NCBI GenBank assembly: GCA_963829055.1
Contig: CAWHHI010000020.1
Span: forward strand, 416,001-480,000
DNA from: an uncultured Gemmatimonadaceae bacterium
GTDB taxonomy: Bacteria; Gemmatimonadota; Gemmatimonadetes; Gemmatimonadales; Gemmatimonadaceae
Direction: 5' to 3'
Length of the DNA stretch: 64,000 nucleotides
A program made the translations under genes and the position numbers. How positions within the stretch are numbered: the stretch's first letter is position 1; each line of letters starts with the position of its first letter. Below are positions 49,196 through 62,724 of the stretch, piece after piece. A model generated the notes under the pieces. The model saw only the letters and a program-made list of their open reading frames with translations. It made no database searches and was not told where the DNA came from.

Positions 49196-50867
49196 ATGTC
49201 GTATTTCGTCATGGCGCTTCGAACGAACCCCGAGCTGGCGATCTTCCTGACGCTGGCTGGTGGGTTCGTGCTGGGACGCGTGCGGATCGGCTCCTTCCAG
49301 CTGGGCAACGTGGTGGGGACCCTGCTCGCGGGAGTCGTCATCGGACAGCTCGGCATTCAGGTCCCGACAGTCGTCAAGGTCGTCTTCTTCGACCTCTTCC
49401 TGTTCGCGACGGGATACAAGGTCGGCCCACAGTTCATCCGCGGTCTCGGCAAGAGCGCGCTGCCGCAGGTGGTGGTGACGATCGTGCTCTGCGTGACCAG
49501 CCTCGCCGCTGCCGTCGTCTCGGCGAAGATCCTCGGCTACGACAGCGGAACGGCGGCGGGGCTCCTCGCCGGCGCCTTCACCGAGTCCACCGTCATCGGG
49601 ACGGCCGGCGACGCGATCACGCGACTGCGGTTGTCGGAGGCCGAGACCTCCCGGTTGCTCAACAACATCGCGGTGGCCTACGCGGTCACGTATCTGGTGG
49701 GCACGACGGCAGCGGTCTGGTTCCTCTCCAAGCTCGCGCCCCGGATACTCAACGTGGACCTCAAGGCCGAGGCTCTGCTGCTTGGGGCGTCGGGGCCGAA
49801 CGCGTCCGGTAACCTGGAAACGCTCTCGGGCTACCGCGAGTGGGACATGAGAGCGTATCGCCTGGCCAATGCGTGGGACGGGCGAAACGTGTTGGCGCTC
49901 GAGCAGTCCTTCGCGCCGGACCGCGTGTTCGTCCAGCAGGTCCATCGCCGGGGTCAGATGTTCGGCGCGGAGCCCGGACTTCCTCCTGCGCGCCGGGGAC
50001 ACGATAGCGGTAGCCGCGCGCCGCTGGGTGGTCGCGGGCAACGAGACGATCGGAAAGGAAGTCGATGACCGTGCCGTGCTCGAATTCCCGGTCGCGGTGC
50101 TGGACGTCGTGCTCACGAACAAGGCCGCGGTAGACCGCACGATCGAAAGCGTGGCGCAGGAGTATGGCCGAGGGGTGTCGCTCGTCACGCTGATTCGTGG
50201 AGGGGAACAGATCCCGTTCACCGCCTCGACCGTGCTGAATCGGGGTGACCTGCTTCGGATCGCCGGCGCCGCGCGGGACGTCGAGCGCGCCGGCCGCGCG
50301 TTAGGCTACGTCGAGCGGTCCAGCGGCGCGACGGACATGGTCTTCGTCGGGCTGGGCATCGTCCTGGGCGGTCTGGTGGGGCTCCTGTCGGTCACGGCGG
50401 GCGGCATGGCGTTCAGCTTGACGGCGAGCGGAGGCGCGCTCGTGATGGGGCTCGTCTTCGGGTGGCTGCGATCCGTGCATCCCACCTTTGGCCGCATCCC
50501 GGAACCGGCGCTGTGGGTCTTCGACACCGTGGGCCTCGCGGTGTTCATCGGTGTGGTCGGGCTCGACGCGGGTCCGGGGTTCGTCGCGGGCCTGCGCCAG
50601 TCCGGCGTATCGCTCGCGGTGGTGGCGCTGTTCGTTGCCGTCACACCGCACCTGACGGCGGTTCTCTTTGGGCGGTACGTCCTGAAGATGAACCCGGTCA
50701 TCCTGTTGGGTGCCTGCGCTGGCGCGGGCACCAGCACGGCGGCCCTGCGATCGATCCAGGATGAAGCGCAGAGCAAGATTCCCGTGCTCGGGTATACGGT
50801 TCCCTACGCGCTCGGAAATATCCTGCTGACGGCATGGGGGCCGGTCATCGTCCTGTTGACACGCTGA
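49196..50867 (+). CDS. aspT: Aspartate:alanine antiporter (AAEx/YidE family); one indel near 49970
   Basis: NPELAIFLTLA, FLFATGYKVGPQF, AVAYAVTYL, TrkA-C-like loops, GACAGAGTSTAAL, LGYTVPYALGN. Confidence 0.85.
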
Positions 50868-50962
50868 GCATTGGTCCAAGGTCCACTGGGTGCCTCGCGA
50901 GGGCGCGGGGCATGATAGACCGACGAGCATGAGATCGTCCACGCTCTCGGGCAGGCACAACC

Positions 50963-52203
50963 ATGATCACCACGAGCGAGGCACCGCCGTCGCGTCTCCC
51001 GCCATCCGCGCCTGACGACGAGGCGGATGACGCTCTCGATTCGACGTTTCCGACTTCCGAGTTTCCGTTCGACGGCGCGCGATTCCCACCTCCGCTGGGC
51101 GGCGGCACCAGCGGGCGCACCATTCTGTTGCGGGCGCTCGGAGCGATCCTCATCGCGTGGGTGCCGCTCGCCGTGCTTTCGGCCGTAGACGGACTGGCGC
51201 TCGGTCCCACGCGTCGTTTGTCCTTCCTGCTCGATGTCTCGGCGTACGCACGCTTCCTGATCGCTCTGCCGCTGCTGATCCTGGCCGAAGCTGTCGCACT
51301 CCCGCTGCTCGGCCACATCGTTAGGCACCTCGCCCGGCCGGAGCTGCTGCCGGAGACCGAACGTCCCCGCTACGACGCCGTGGTCGCCCGCACGTCCCGA
51401 CTGGTGCGATCCCCGCTCGCCGCCATGATCATGGTCGCGATCGCGTACGTCGCGACGATTCGGGCAGGCCAGGCCGGCTATCCGGCGGACATCACGACCT
51501 GGGTCACGGCGACCGGGGACAGCGGCCGCGCGCTGTCGTGGGCCGGCCTGTGGCGCACGTTCGTGAGCCAGCCCCTGTACGTCGTCCTCGTGCTCATGTG
51601 GCTCTGGCGTGCGGCGGTGTGGGCAATCTTCCTGCGCAAGGTGTCGCGGCTCGAGCTCCGGCTGGTCGCGTCGCATCCCGACCGCATGGGCGGGCTCCGG
51701 TTCGTCATGGCGTCGCTGCGCGCATTTTCGCCCGTCGGATTCGCGTTGGCCGTGGGAATCTCCGGCGCGATCGCCGAGCGAGTGATCGTCGGCGGCAGAC
51801 CGGGTGACCGAGTTCGTGCCGGTCATCGGCGTCGTCGTTGTGGTGCTGCTCCTGCTGTTCGTCGGTCCCCTGTTCGTGCTGCGCAAACCGCTCAAGAAAA
51901 TTCGGACCCGCGCGATCTTCAGCTACGGCCGCCTCGCGTCCGGCGTGGGATACCATTTCGAGCACGACGTGGCTGCGGCCGAGCGAAGACGTCCCCGCGC
52001 ACGCCCTTCAGTCGCCGGAATTCTCGGCGACCACGGATCTGTACGCGGTCGTCACCAACGCCAACACGGTCAAGGGCATCCCCATCGACCTCAATGGAGT
52101 GGTGCCGCTCGTCCTCGCGACCCTGTTGCCGTTCGTTCCGCTGGCGCTGTTCGAGATGCCGCTCGTCGAGCTGCTGAAGCTCGCGGTTGGATTCGTGGTG
52201 TGA
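50963..52203 (+). CDS. Conserved hypothetical membrane protein, frameshifted
   Basis: Several TM segments; ARFLIALPLL, LRLVASHPDRMGGL, FSATTDL, LATLLPFVPL. Confidence 0.6.
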
Positions 52204-52304
52204 GGAATGGGATCGGGCATCGCCGCTGTGGAAGTGGCGATGCCCGGACTCGTGCGGCCGCGGTGGCCTGCCTAACGTCAGCCAATGCCGCGGCCAGACC
52301 ATGA

Positions 52305-53204
<900 letters not shown>

Positions 53205-53266
53205 TGATTGCTCGTTAGGCACGGGACATTGCGCAGCGCCGTTGCGACGTGCTCCGCATCATGACG

Positions 53267-53297
53267 CGCCCCACGCCACAAGAGATGGCATGGGGCG
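53267..53297. terminator. Hairpin between convergent genes
   Basis: CGCCCCACGCCA-caagaga-TGGCATGGGGCG (one mismatch). Confidence 0.4.
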
Positions 53298-53325
53298 ACG
53301 TGCTCGTCGCCGTCGCCGTCGCCGA

Positions 53326-54602
53326 TCAGAACTCGAGCTGCAGCCGGGACTGGAAGAACTGCGTCGCGCCCTTCAGGTCGAACCGGTCGAGCGTGCCGTA
53401 GCCATAGGCGATCTCGAGACGGGCGTTGTCGGTGAGGTACCAGTTCACCATCGGCGTGATCCGCCAGAAGGTGCCACCCTGGATGGCGCCGTCGGTGTAG
53501 TCGCTATACGAGTATCGCAGCACCGCCTCCCACGCTCCCGGCCCGCGCTCGACGATGGTCTTGGCCGGAAAGACGCCGCGGAGGTAGCCGCCGGCGGTGT
53601 TGTACGAGCGCGTTTCGCCCGTGATCAACCACTGCACGGCGACGTCGCCGCCGTGAAAGAGCGGATCGCTCGTGTCTCGTGCATTCACCTGTCTGGGCGT
53701 AGTACTCCGAGGAAAACAGCCAGGGGCCGGGTCGGTAATACACCTCCACTCCCACCATTGCTCGCATGGCTCGCAGGAAACTTCCCGGTGTCGAGGAAGT
53801 ACGGGGCGTCGGAGGCTTCGGGACGCGAGCGCAGCTGCATCTGTCCCTCGTTCAACTTCCCCTTGCGAGCGCTGATACCGATGTGGAGCAGCGTCCCAAC
53901 ACTGTCCGACACCATTGGCACCCACGCGGCGCGGACGGTGAACTGGTTGTCGTAGGTGGAGAAACTCTGTCCTTCGGACAGCCAGTCCGTGAACCAGCCG
54001 ACGTTCCAGAGGAAATGCTTGTTAGGCAGGTAGCCGAGCCACTTGACGCCGTCGGCCAGGAGCGGGATCGCGTCACTGAACGTGAATCGCTCCATCGTCC
54101 AGCCGTCGTACCCTGTCATCACCTTGTTGAGACTGACCCCCTCCTTGGCGCGTCCGATGAAGACGTTCCCCCAGAGCTCCGGGATGGCCACCATGAGCCC
54201 TGTCTGGCGCACGAACCAGGAGTTCGTTTTGCCGTCGTACATGACCCCTGCCTGCCACGTGAACGGGCGCTTCGTCTTGAAGCGCCCACCGAAGAGCAGG
54301 CGACTGTCCCGGACCTTGAAACCCGGCTCCATGTTGTTGATTTGCGCTCGGCTCTCATCGTTCTGGGCGTAGGACGCAAAGTCCACCAGGATTCCGGCGC
54401 CGACATGGAACGTCGTGAAGCCCAGGTCGAACTCGGGTCGGCGGAGGCGGTTCCTGCGTACCGGGTCCTCGCCGGCGTCGCCGGCGTGCTCGATCCGAGG
54501 GGTCGTATCACCGGGCGGCGGGGTCGGCTGCTGACCAAGCACTGTCGCCCGATGCGACAGGCACAGCACCAGCACGCCTAACGTGAATCGCGACCGCATC
54601 AC
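53326..54602 (-). CDS. OprO/OprP-family porin, frameshifted
   Basis: Signal peptide; RDSRLLFGG, IGRAKEG.SL, TMER, LRSRPE, GAWEAVLRYS, VNWYL, FFQSRLQLEF. Confidence 0.8.
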
Positions 54603-54673
54603 GGCCGCCAGCTCACGGCCGACAGGGCGGCGGCGGTCACGCCGCGCCTGCCGGCACGCGCTCGTGGGTAGCC

Positions 54674-55762
<1,089 letters not shown>

Positions 55763-56030
55763 CTAGTGGGTCAACGGCACGATGATCGGTCCCCACGCCG
55801 CCGCCGGATGTTGCCGAACGCGAGGGAACCGTGTATCCGAGCACGAGAACCTTGCTCTGCGGTTCATGCTGGATCGCACGCAGGGGGCCGTGCTGGTGTC
55901 GGTGCCAGCGTAGACACCGAACAGGATCTCCGGATTCATCGTCGGGCAACGCGCCCCACGATGAGGGTGGTGAGGACGTTCGTTAGGCACGCCGTGCCCG
56001 GCGTCGAGACCGGCGTCGGAAAGACCGCGG
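55763..56030 (-). pseudogene. Decayed 3' remnant of an aspT paralog
   Basis: GLDAG...MNPEILFGVYAGTDTSTA / LRAIQHEPQSKVLVLGYTVP / AWGPIIVPLTH* aligns with the AspT C-terminus at 50538-50867. Confidence 0.8.
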
Positions 56031-56082
56031 GCTCGAGCCTGGTCCTCGGCGCAGGGAGGATGTACGACATCGGGCGTCCGCC

Positions 56083-57513
56083 TCATCGCGCGACCAGCAG
56101 CAGCCAGGGCGTTCCGATCACGAGGTAGATCAAGAGACACAATCCCGTGTGAATGGCGCCCCACTTGTACAGCTCTCCCTGCGACATGTAGCCGCTCGCC
56201 ACGAAGAGAAGGTTTGCGCTCGAGCCCTGGGGCGCGATCGCTGCGAAGTAGTTCGTGGCGAAGAGGAGCTGGAAGGCGAGCAGCGCCGGCGTGACGCCGA
56301 GCTGCGCGCCCACGCCCAGGAAGACACTGAACAGCGCCAGCAAGTGGGCCGTCTGGCTCACGAACAGGTAGTGGAGCGCGATGTAGACCACGAGCAGCAC
56401 CACGGCCGCGACCGCCGGGGGGAACCCGCCGAGTCGCATAACGAGACGCCCACCCAGGAATTCCATGAAACCGAGCTTGTTGAGCTGATCGCTCAACGTG
56501 AACAGCGACGCGAACCAGATGAACGTCGCGAGGACGTCGCCTTCCTTGGCGATGTCGTCGAGCGTCAGGACACTCGTGGCGAGCAGGATCCCGAGCCCGA
56601 GAAAGGCCACGGCCGTGACGTCGATGCCTAACGCCGATGCGACGCTCCAGAGCGCCACCATGCCTGCGAACGTCGCGGCAACGATCTTCTGGTCGCGGGT
56701 CAGGGGGCCCAGGTCCGCGAGTGCCTTGCGCGCCGCGGCCGGCGCCTCGGGCATCGACGTGACTTCCGGGCGCATGACCTTGTAGTAGACGTACGGCAGC
56801 ACGGCCATGCAGACCAGCGTCGGCACCACGGCAGCGATCAGCCATGAGCCGAACGTGATGTCCACGCCGCGCGTTTTCGCGATCGCCGCGCCGAGCGGAT
56901 TCGCCGCCATGGCCGTGAGCCAGAGCGCCGACGACAGCGTTAGGCTGGCCATGCCCGAGAACATCAGGAATCCGCCAAGGCGCTGCCGGTCCGCGCGCTC
57001 GGGCGTCACGCCCGCGGCCTGGGCCATCGAGAGCGCCAACGGATACAACACGCCGGAGCGAGCCGTGTTGCTCGGGAACGCCGGAGCGATCACGGCGTCC
57101 ACGATGAAGATGCTGTAGGACAGCCCCAGCGTCGTACGGCCGAAGAGGCTGATGGCCCGGTGGCCGAGACGCTCCCCCAGGCCGCACTTCACGACCGCAC
57201 GCGCCACCAGGAAGGCAACGATGATGAGCACGATCGTCGGGTTCGCGAACCCGGCATAGGCGTCGTTCGCGGTCAGTGTCCCTGACAGCACCGCCACCGC
57301 GATCGCCAGGACGGAGGCGGTCAGGATCGGGAACGCCCCGATCACGACCGACAGGATCGTGGCGGCGAAGATCGCGAACAGGTGCCACGCCTGCGGGCTC
57401 AGCGTACCGGGGGTCGGCACGAACCATATCCCGAGCGCGACCGCCAGCGCGATCAGGCGTGCGATCCGCTGGCGTCGCATCGCAGGTGCAGTCACGTACG
57501 TTTCCCCGGTCAA
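56083..57513 (-). CDS. DASS-family di/tricarboxylate transporter
   Basis: AWHLFAIF, GLGERLG, APAFPSNTARSG, LWLTAMAANPL, HYLFVSQTAH. Confidence 0.88.
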   Translation of the reverse strand: MTGETYVTAPAMRRQRIARLIALAVALGIWFVPTPGTLSPQAWHLFAIFAATILSVVIGAFPILTASVLAIAVAVLSGTLTANDAYAGFANPTIVLIIVAFLVARAVVKCGLGERLGHRAISLFGRTTLGLSYSIFIVDAVIAPAFPSNTARSGVLYPLALSMAQAAGVTPERADRQRLGGFLMFSGMASLTLSSALWLTAMAANPLGAAIAKTRGVDITFGSWLIAAVVPTLVCMAVLPYVYYKVMRPEVTSMPEAPAAARKALADLGPLTRDQKIVAATFAGMVALWSVASALGIDVTAVAFLGLGILLATSVLTLDDIAKEGDVLATFIWFASLFTLSDQLNKLGFMEFLGGRLVMRLGGFPPAVAAVVLLVVYIALHYLFVSQTAHLLALFSVFLGVGAQLGVTPALLAFQLLFATNYFAAIAPQGSSANLLFVASGYMSQGELYKWGAIHTGLCLLIYLVIGTPWLLLVAR

Positions 57514-57531
57514 TCGTTAGGTCACGTTAGG

Positions 57532-58947
57532 TCATCGCCCCTGCCCCGTCAGCGCCGCCGGGTTGAGGATCTCGGTGATCTGATCGTCGGTCAGGATGTG
57601 TTTCTCGCGGATCATTGCGACGATCCCCTGATCGGTCCTCATCGCCTCCGCGGCCAGCTCGGTTGCCTTGTGGTAGCCGATGACCGGGTTCAGCGCCGTC
57701 ACCGTCCCGATGCTGTACTCGACATAGTGCTTGAGGACATCCGCGTTTGCCGTGATCCCCTCGATGCAGAACTTGCGCAGCGTCTCGGCGGCGTTGATGA
57801 GCAGCGTCTGGCCCTCGAAGAGCGCGGCGGCCACGACCGGCTCGAAGCAGTTGAGCTGCAGCTGTCCCCCCTCGGCCGACAGCGTGACCACCAGGTCATT
57901 GGCCATGACGCGATACGCGACCATGTTCGTCACTTCCGGGATGACCGGGTTCACCTTGCCCGGCATGATCGACGAGCCGGGCTGCGCGGCCGGCAGGTTG
58001 ATCTCGCGGAATCCGGTGCGCGGGCCCGACGACAGAAGCCGCAGGTCGTTGCCGACTTTCGCGAGCTTGATCGCCACGCTCTTGAGCACGGACGAGTAGA
58101 GCACGAACGCCTGCATGTCCTGCGTCGCTTCGATCAGGTCCTCGGCGAGGTGGATCGGGAAGCCGGTGATCTTCGCCAGGTGGTCAGCACACTTCTGCGC
58201 GTAGCCCGCTGGCGCGTTGAGACCCGTGCCGATGGCCGTGCCGCCCATGTTGATCTCGTACAGGACGCGCTGCACGGCCTCCAGCGCCTTGACTTCATCC
58301 GCCAGCGTGCGCGCAAACGCCCTGAACTCCTGGCCTAACGTCATGGGGACGGCGTCCTGGAGCTGCGTCCGACCCATCTTGACGAGGTCCTTGAACTCCT
58401 CCGCCTTCTTCTCGAAGGCTGCAGAGAGCTTCTTGTAGGCCTCGATGACCTGGCGGTTGCCGAGCGCGAGGCCGACGTGCAGGGACGTGGGATACGCGTC
58501 GTTGGTCGACTGGGACCGATTCACGTGATCGTGCGGGTCCACGTGCTGGTACTCGCCCTTCCTGTGTCCCATCAGCTCGATCGCGCGATTGGCGATCACC
58601 TCGTTGATGTTCATGTTGGTCGACGTCCCCGCGCCGCCCTGGTACACGTCGAGCCGGAACTGATCGTGGAGCTTGCCGTCGATGATTTCCTGGGCGGCCT
58701 CCTCGATGGCGGTGAGGACCTCCTTGGAGAAGCCTCCGGTCTCGAAGTTGGCGCGCGCGGCAGCCAGCTTCACCATGGCCAGCGCCTTGATCAGGTTCGG
58801 GTAGTGACGAAGCTCGATGCCCGAGATCTGAAAGTTCTCGAGAGCGCGTGCAGTCTGGACGCCGTAATAGGCGTCGGCAGGGACTTCGAAATCACCGAGG
58901 AGATCGTGTTCGGTCCGTGTTTTCGACGACGGCATTTCGGCCTCCAC
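57532..58947 (-). CDS. aspA: Aspartate ammonia-lyase
   Basis: RTEHDLLG, YYGVQTARALENF, QGGAGTSTNMN, QSTNDAYP, KMGRTQLQDAVP, GSSIMPGKVNPVIPE. Confidence 0.92.
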   Translation of the reverse strand: MEAEMPSSKTRTEHDLLGDFEVPADAYYGVQTARALENFQISGIELRHYPNLIKALAMVKLAAARANFETGGFSKEVLTAIEEAAQEIIDGKLHDQFRLDVYQGGAGTSTNMNINEVIANRAIELMGHRKGEYQHVDPHDHVNRSQSTNDAYPTSLHVGLALGNRQVIEAYKKLSAAFEKKAEEFKDLVKMGRTQLQDAVPMTLGQEFRAFARTLADEVKALEAVQRVLYEINMGGTAIGTGLNAPAGYAQKCADHLAKITGFPIHLAEDLIEATQDMQAFVLYSSVLKSVAIKLAKVGNDLRLLSSGPRTGFREINLPAAQPGSSIMPGKVNPVIPEVTNMVAYRVMANDLVVTLSAEGGQLQLNCFEPVVAAALFEGQTLLINAAETLRKFCIEGITANADVLKHYVEYSIGTVTALNPVIGYHKATELAAEAMRTDQGIVAMIREKHILTDDQITEILNPAALTGQGR

Positions 58948-59429
58948 CCGCTAGGGTGCTGCGTGATCTACGTGAACCATCGATGCACCCAAGCGTTGGG
59001 GTGACGGCTGGGCGTGGCTGACCGCATGTGGCCAGCGCGTGGGCTCATCGAACGCGCTCCAGGGTCGCGTGTCGTGCAAGGACACGGAAGGAACGCCTGG
59101 GCTTGGCTCGAATGGACCGACGTTACCGTCGGCGGCCGTTGGCGAGACATTGGACTTTAGGTGTCGCCGGATGTCCAGCGTGGAAACGGACGAACTCCGC
59201 CACGCAACAGGACGAGAACCACGGAATCGAGATTCCGCGGGCTCTGACCCTGTGTGGCTGTCGTGTCCCCCCCGACGGCCAGCAATGATCCCCGAGCCCG
59301 AAGGCCGACGCTGCCGTCAGCGGCCTTCGAGCGCCTAACGCCAGGCGGGACGGCCCGGAGCCGAGGGCCGCCTGATGCGTCTTGGACGCCTAACGCGACT
59401 CGCAGAATGCCCGGGCACCAGCGAGCGCA

Positions 59430-60902
59430 TCAATAGCGCCGCAGGCGGTGCGAGTCGGCGACCCGCTTCACGAGTGGCGGAGCCCACTTGCCGTCGAGCG
59501 CCGCCGGCTCGGGCCAGTACACCCGCAACGTCAGACTGAACGCACCGTGGTTCGGCGTCGGCAGCCAGTTGCTCTCCATGCCCCGGCCGGGCGACTCGCG
59601 TTGGATGTACAGCATGAGCGAGCCGTCGGAATCGAAGCGCAACGGGTCGCGGTTGCCGATGACGTATCGGCCGGTGGGATTATCGGCGAACAGCTGCCGG
59701 TCGTCATACAGGGTGAGCGACCAGAACGCCCGTGCAGGCGGAAGACCGTTGTGTGGAAACCGAACCTCGTACTTCGCCTCCGCGTCGAACGGCGAGCCGT
59801 CAGCCATCGTCAACGCCGTGGGCGCGATCGCATCCTCGACGGTGGTCGTGCCCAGCCCCAGGCACGACACGAGGGCGCGCTTCAGGTAATCAGTCCCGTA
59901 GGTGCCGATCGGGCTCGACATCATGGCCCACCCGTTCACGATGCGGGCAGCACGGCTCGCGTGGTCACGGATCTTTCGCTGCGCGAGCGGAATCGCGCGA
60001 TCCAGCGCGATCCGCACGGTATGCGACAGGCGCTCGTGAACGAATGGCACGGCTGGAACGATGCCGAGCCGCTTCATGCGCTGCAGCTGCGGGTGATCAT
60101 TGGCGTGCGGCGGATTGGCGGCCGTCAGCTCGGCGAAGCGGGCGAAGAACGTCGCGCCGTCCATCCGCGCCACCTGGTGCGCGGGCGTGCTGCTCGAGTT
60201 GGGAGTGGGGGGCGAGATGAGCGGATCACCGCTGGCGCTGGGGCGCGCGTGCGCTCGTCCGAAGGCCGAGAGCGCCACCGCGCGCAGCCCTGACTGGAAT
60301 GCGCGGCCAGCGTAATCCCACGGGCCGTCGGTCTGCGTCCGCGCGATGATCCAGCCTAACGACGTCGGCGCATGGACGGCGTCCACACCGTTGGGCAGTG
60401 TGCCGTCCCAACGCGGGCCGACGATCGCGTACCGCTGCGCGCCCGTCCCTGTCGTGCGCTTGCCCGCAGATGCGAACTCGTCGGTCCACATGTCGAGCAT
60501 CGGCATCAGGTAGTAGCGTCCGCCCGAGTCGGGCACGCTCACGATGAGCGGCTCTTCCGACACATCGAACCAGAGCGAGGACGAGAGCATGTCCGCGTTA
60601 GGTCGCAGGACGCCCGTGAATCGGGCGTCGGGAAATGCGGGCGCGTGGGAGAACTGATTCATCGGCGCCGATGCCCGCATGCTATCGGCCGTGGCCGTGT
60701 CGGTACTGGCGGTGCGGGACGCGCCCATGAGCACCAACGGATACGCGTACACGTACGCCTCGATCGCGATCTCGAGTGCCCCCTCGGCCGACAGCTGTTC
60801 GGCCGGGACCGGCACCTCGCGCTCGATGATGTGTCCGTCCTTCTGCAGGTGGAGGGACAGGCGAGCAAGCTCGGGGTCGGGGCTGTGCTCGCGTTCCATC
60901 AT
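59430..60902 (-). CDS. DUF1254/DUF1214 domain protein; start uncertain
   Basis: AYVYAYPLVLM, RPNAD, VPDSGGRYYLMPMLDMWT, PPARAFWSLTLYD, NWLPTP, LRVYWP. Confidence 0.85.
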   Translation of the reverse strand: MMEREHSPDPELARLSLHLQKDGHIIEREVPVPAEQLSAEGALEIAIEAYVYAYPLVLMGASRTASTDTATADSMRASAPMNQFSHAPAFPDARFTGVLRPNADMLSSSLWFDVSEEPLIVSVPDSGGRYYLMPMLDMWTDEFASAGKRTTGTGAQRYAIVGPRWDGTLPNGVDAVHAPTSLGWIIARTQTDGPWDYAGRAFQSGLRAVALSAFGRAHARPSASGDPLISPPTPNSSSTPAHQVARMDGATFFARFAELTAANPPHANDHPQLQRMKRLGIVPAVPFVHERLSHTVRIALDRAIPLAQRKIRDHASRAARIVNGWAMMSSPIGTYGTDYLKRALVSCLGLGTTTVEDAIAPTALTMADGSPFDAEAKYEVRFPHNGLPPARAFWSLTLYDDRQLFADNPTGRYVIGNRDPLRFDSDGSLMLYIQRESPGRGMESNWLPTPNHGAFSLTLRVYWPEPAALDGKWAPPLVKRVADSHRLRRY

Positions 60903-61034
60903 GTGCCTCGCGCGCATCGGGTGCAGGTCATCGTGCAGAGACTGACGATGGTGCCACTGCACCTCACGCACGCGCCATTGGACTTTCGCCCCGCCGTCAG
61001 TCACCGGCGCGCCCACCGGCGCGTCCACCGAGGC

Positions 61035-62701
61035 TCACATCAGCCGCGGCCCGTGGGCACGGGCGTCTCGACGACGCGATCCGAGTTGGGCGGCGCCGCC
61101 GGCCGCGCGAACCACTGGTCGCGCGGAACGATCTTCGGCTGCTCCGGGTCGCCCTCGTACGCCGGCGTCATGATCTGAATGCCGTACTCGTTGAATGCAT
61201 CCAGGATGTTTCGGTGCAGCGCCGAGTAGAGCCGCGACCATCCGGCTCGGATCGTCCGTGTAGGCGTTGAGCTCGTAATCGACGGCGAAGTCGCCGAGCT
61301 TGCGCTGGAGCACGAATGGCTCGGGGTCCGTCCGCAGCCCGGGCGTACGCCGCGCCGCCTCGAGCAGAATGGCTTCCACCTGACGCCAGGGTGTCTCGTA
61401 GCCGATGCCGACGTTCGTGTGCAGGATGAGCCCCGCGTCGCCGGCCAGCGTGCTGAAGTTCACGACCTCGCTGTTCAGAATGATCGAGTTCGGGATCACG
61501 ATCTGCTCGTTCTTCGGCGAGCGGAGGTAGGTGGTCAACAACCGGACCTGCGCCACCTCACCGATGTGCTCGCCAATGCGTACGCGATCGCCGACCCGGA
61601 ATGCCCGGCGAAACGCGAGGCTCAAGCCCGCGACCAGGTTGCCGATGACGGACGGAGACCCGAGCGAGAACATGAGCCCGATCACGAGCCCGATTCCCTT
61701 GAACGCATCGGAATCCGAGCCGGGGATGTGCGGGTAGGCGACGACGAGCGCGAAGGCGATGATCGCGAATCGCGCGATGCGCTCCGTGGGCTGTGCCCAC
61801 TCCGGGTCGAAGCCCTGAAACGTGATCGCCCCTTCGGTTATGCGTCGGAAGAAGATCCGGTTGAGCCTCATGAAGAAGCGAACGACGAACATGAGGACGA
61901 TCAGGAACAGCAGGCTCGGGATGAACCGGACGAATCCCGTGCCCAGTGTCTCGAGCGGCTGCAGGAGCAGGGACGCCAGGCTGTTGCCGAGCGCGCGCGT
62001 CCAGGGAAACAGCAGCAGGACGTAGTCGACATACACGTAGCCGGCCGCCAGGGTGATGATGGTCGCGATTCCCCGCACGGCATTCTGCACGGCGTTCCAC
62101 AGCTGCTCGCCGCGCATGATGTCGATCGTCTGGAACTGGACGTCGTGGACCCTCGTCCGGTACCGCCGCTCCACGAGCGCGCGAACGCGCCGGAGGACGC
62201 GGCGGCCTAACGCGATGAACAGCACGAAGCCGAGCGTCGCGGCGGCTGCCCTGGCGAGATCCTCCCAGAGCGCGGCCGCCTCGCGATCGCGCCGGAACTG
62301 CGTCATGGCTTCGACCACGCGGGTGCGGTAGGCCTCCGCCAGCACCTGACGCGTCAGGCCCTCGACCGCGGCGTCCGCGTCGAACACGCGCGAACAACCG
62401 CCGGCCGCCGCCGACGATGAACGTTGCCACGGTCGTGTCCTTGACCGTGACCGACTCGACGGGAAACGCCCGGTCGGACGCGAGCGCCTCGATGCGACCG
62501 GCGATCTCGGCGGCGCGCCGCTCGGCGGGGTAGGAGGAGATTCCGCGGACCCGAAAGATCGTGGCGCCGTCCAGCATCACGGGCGCCGTGGCGGTCACCA
62601 CCTCGGTCTGGACGGCGGCGGAATCCTGAGCCGCCACCCGCGGTGCTCCAGGCGACGGCCAGCGCTGCGAAACCTAGCGCGATGCGGTGCCTAACGTTCA
62701 C
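61035..62701 (-). CDS. MscS-family mechanosensitive channel with periplasmic N-terminal extension, frameshifted
   Basis: NLVAGL, FRVGDRVRIG, IVIPNS, VGIGYETPWRQV, PFVLQRKLGDFAVDYELN, YGIQIMTPAY. Confidence 0.88.
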
Positions 62702-62724
62702 AGCCGTGACCCTTGCGGCACCGG

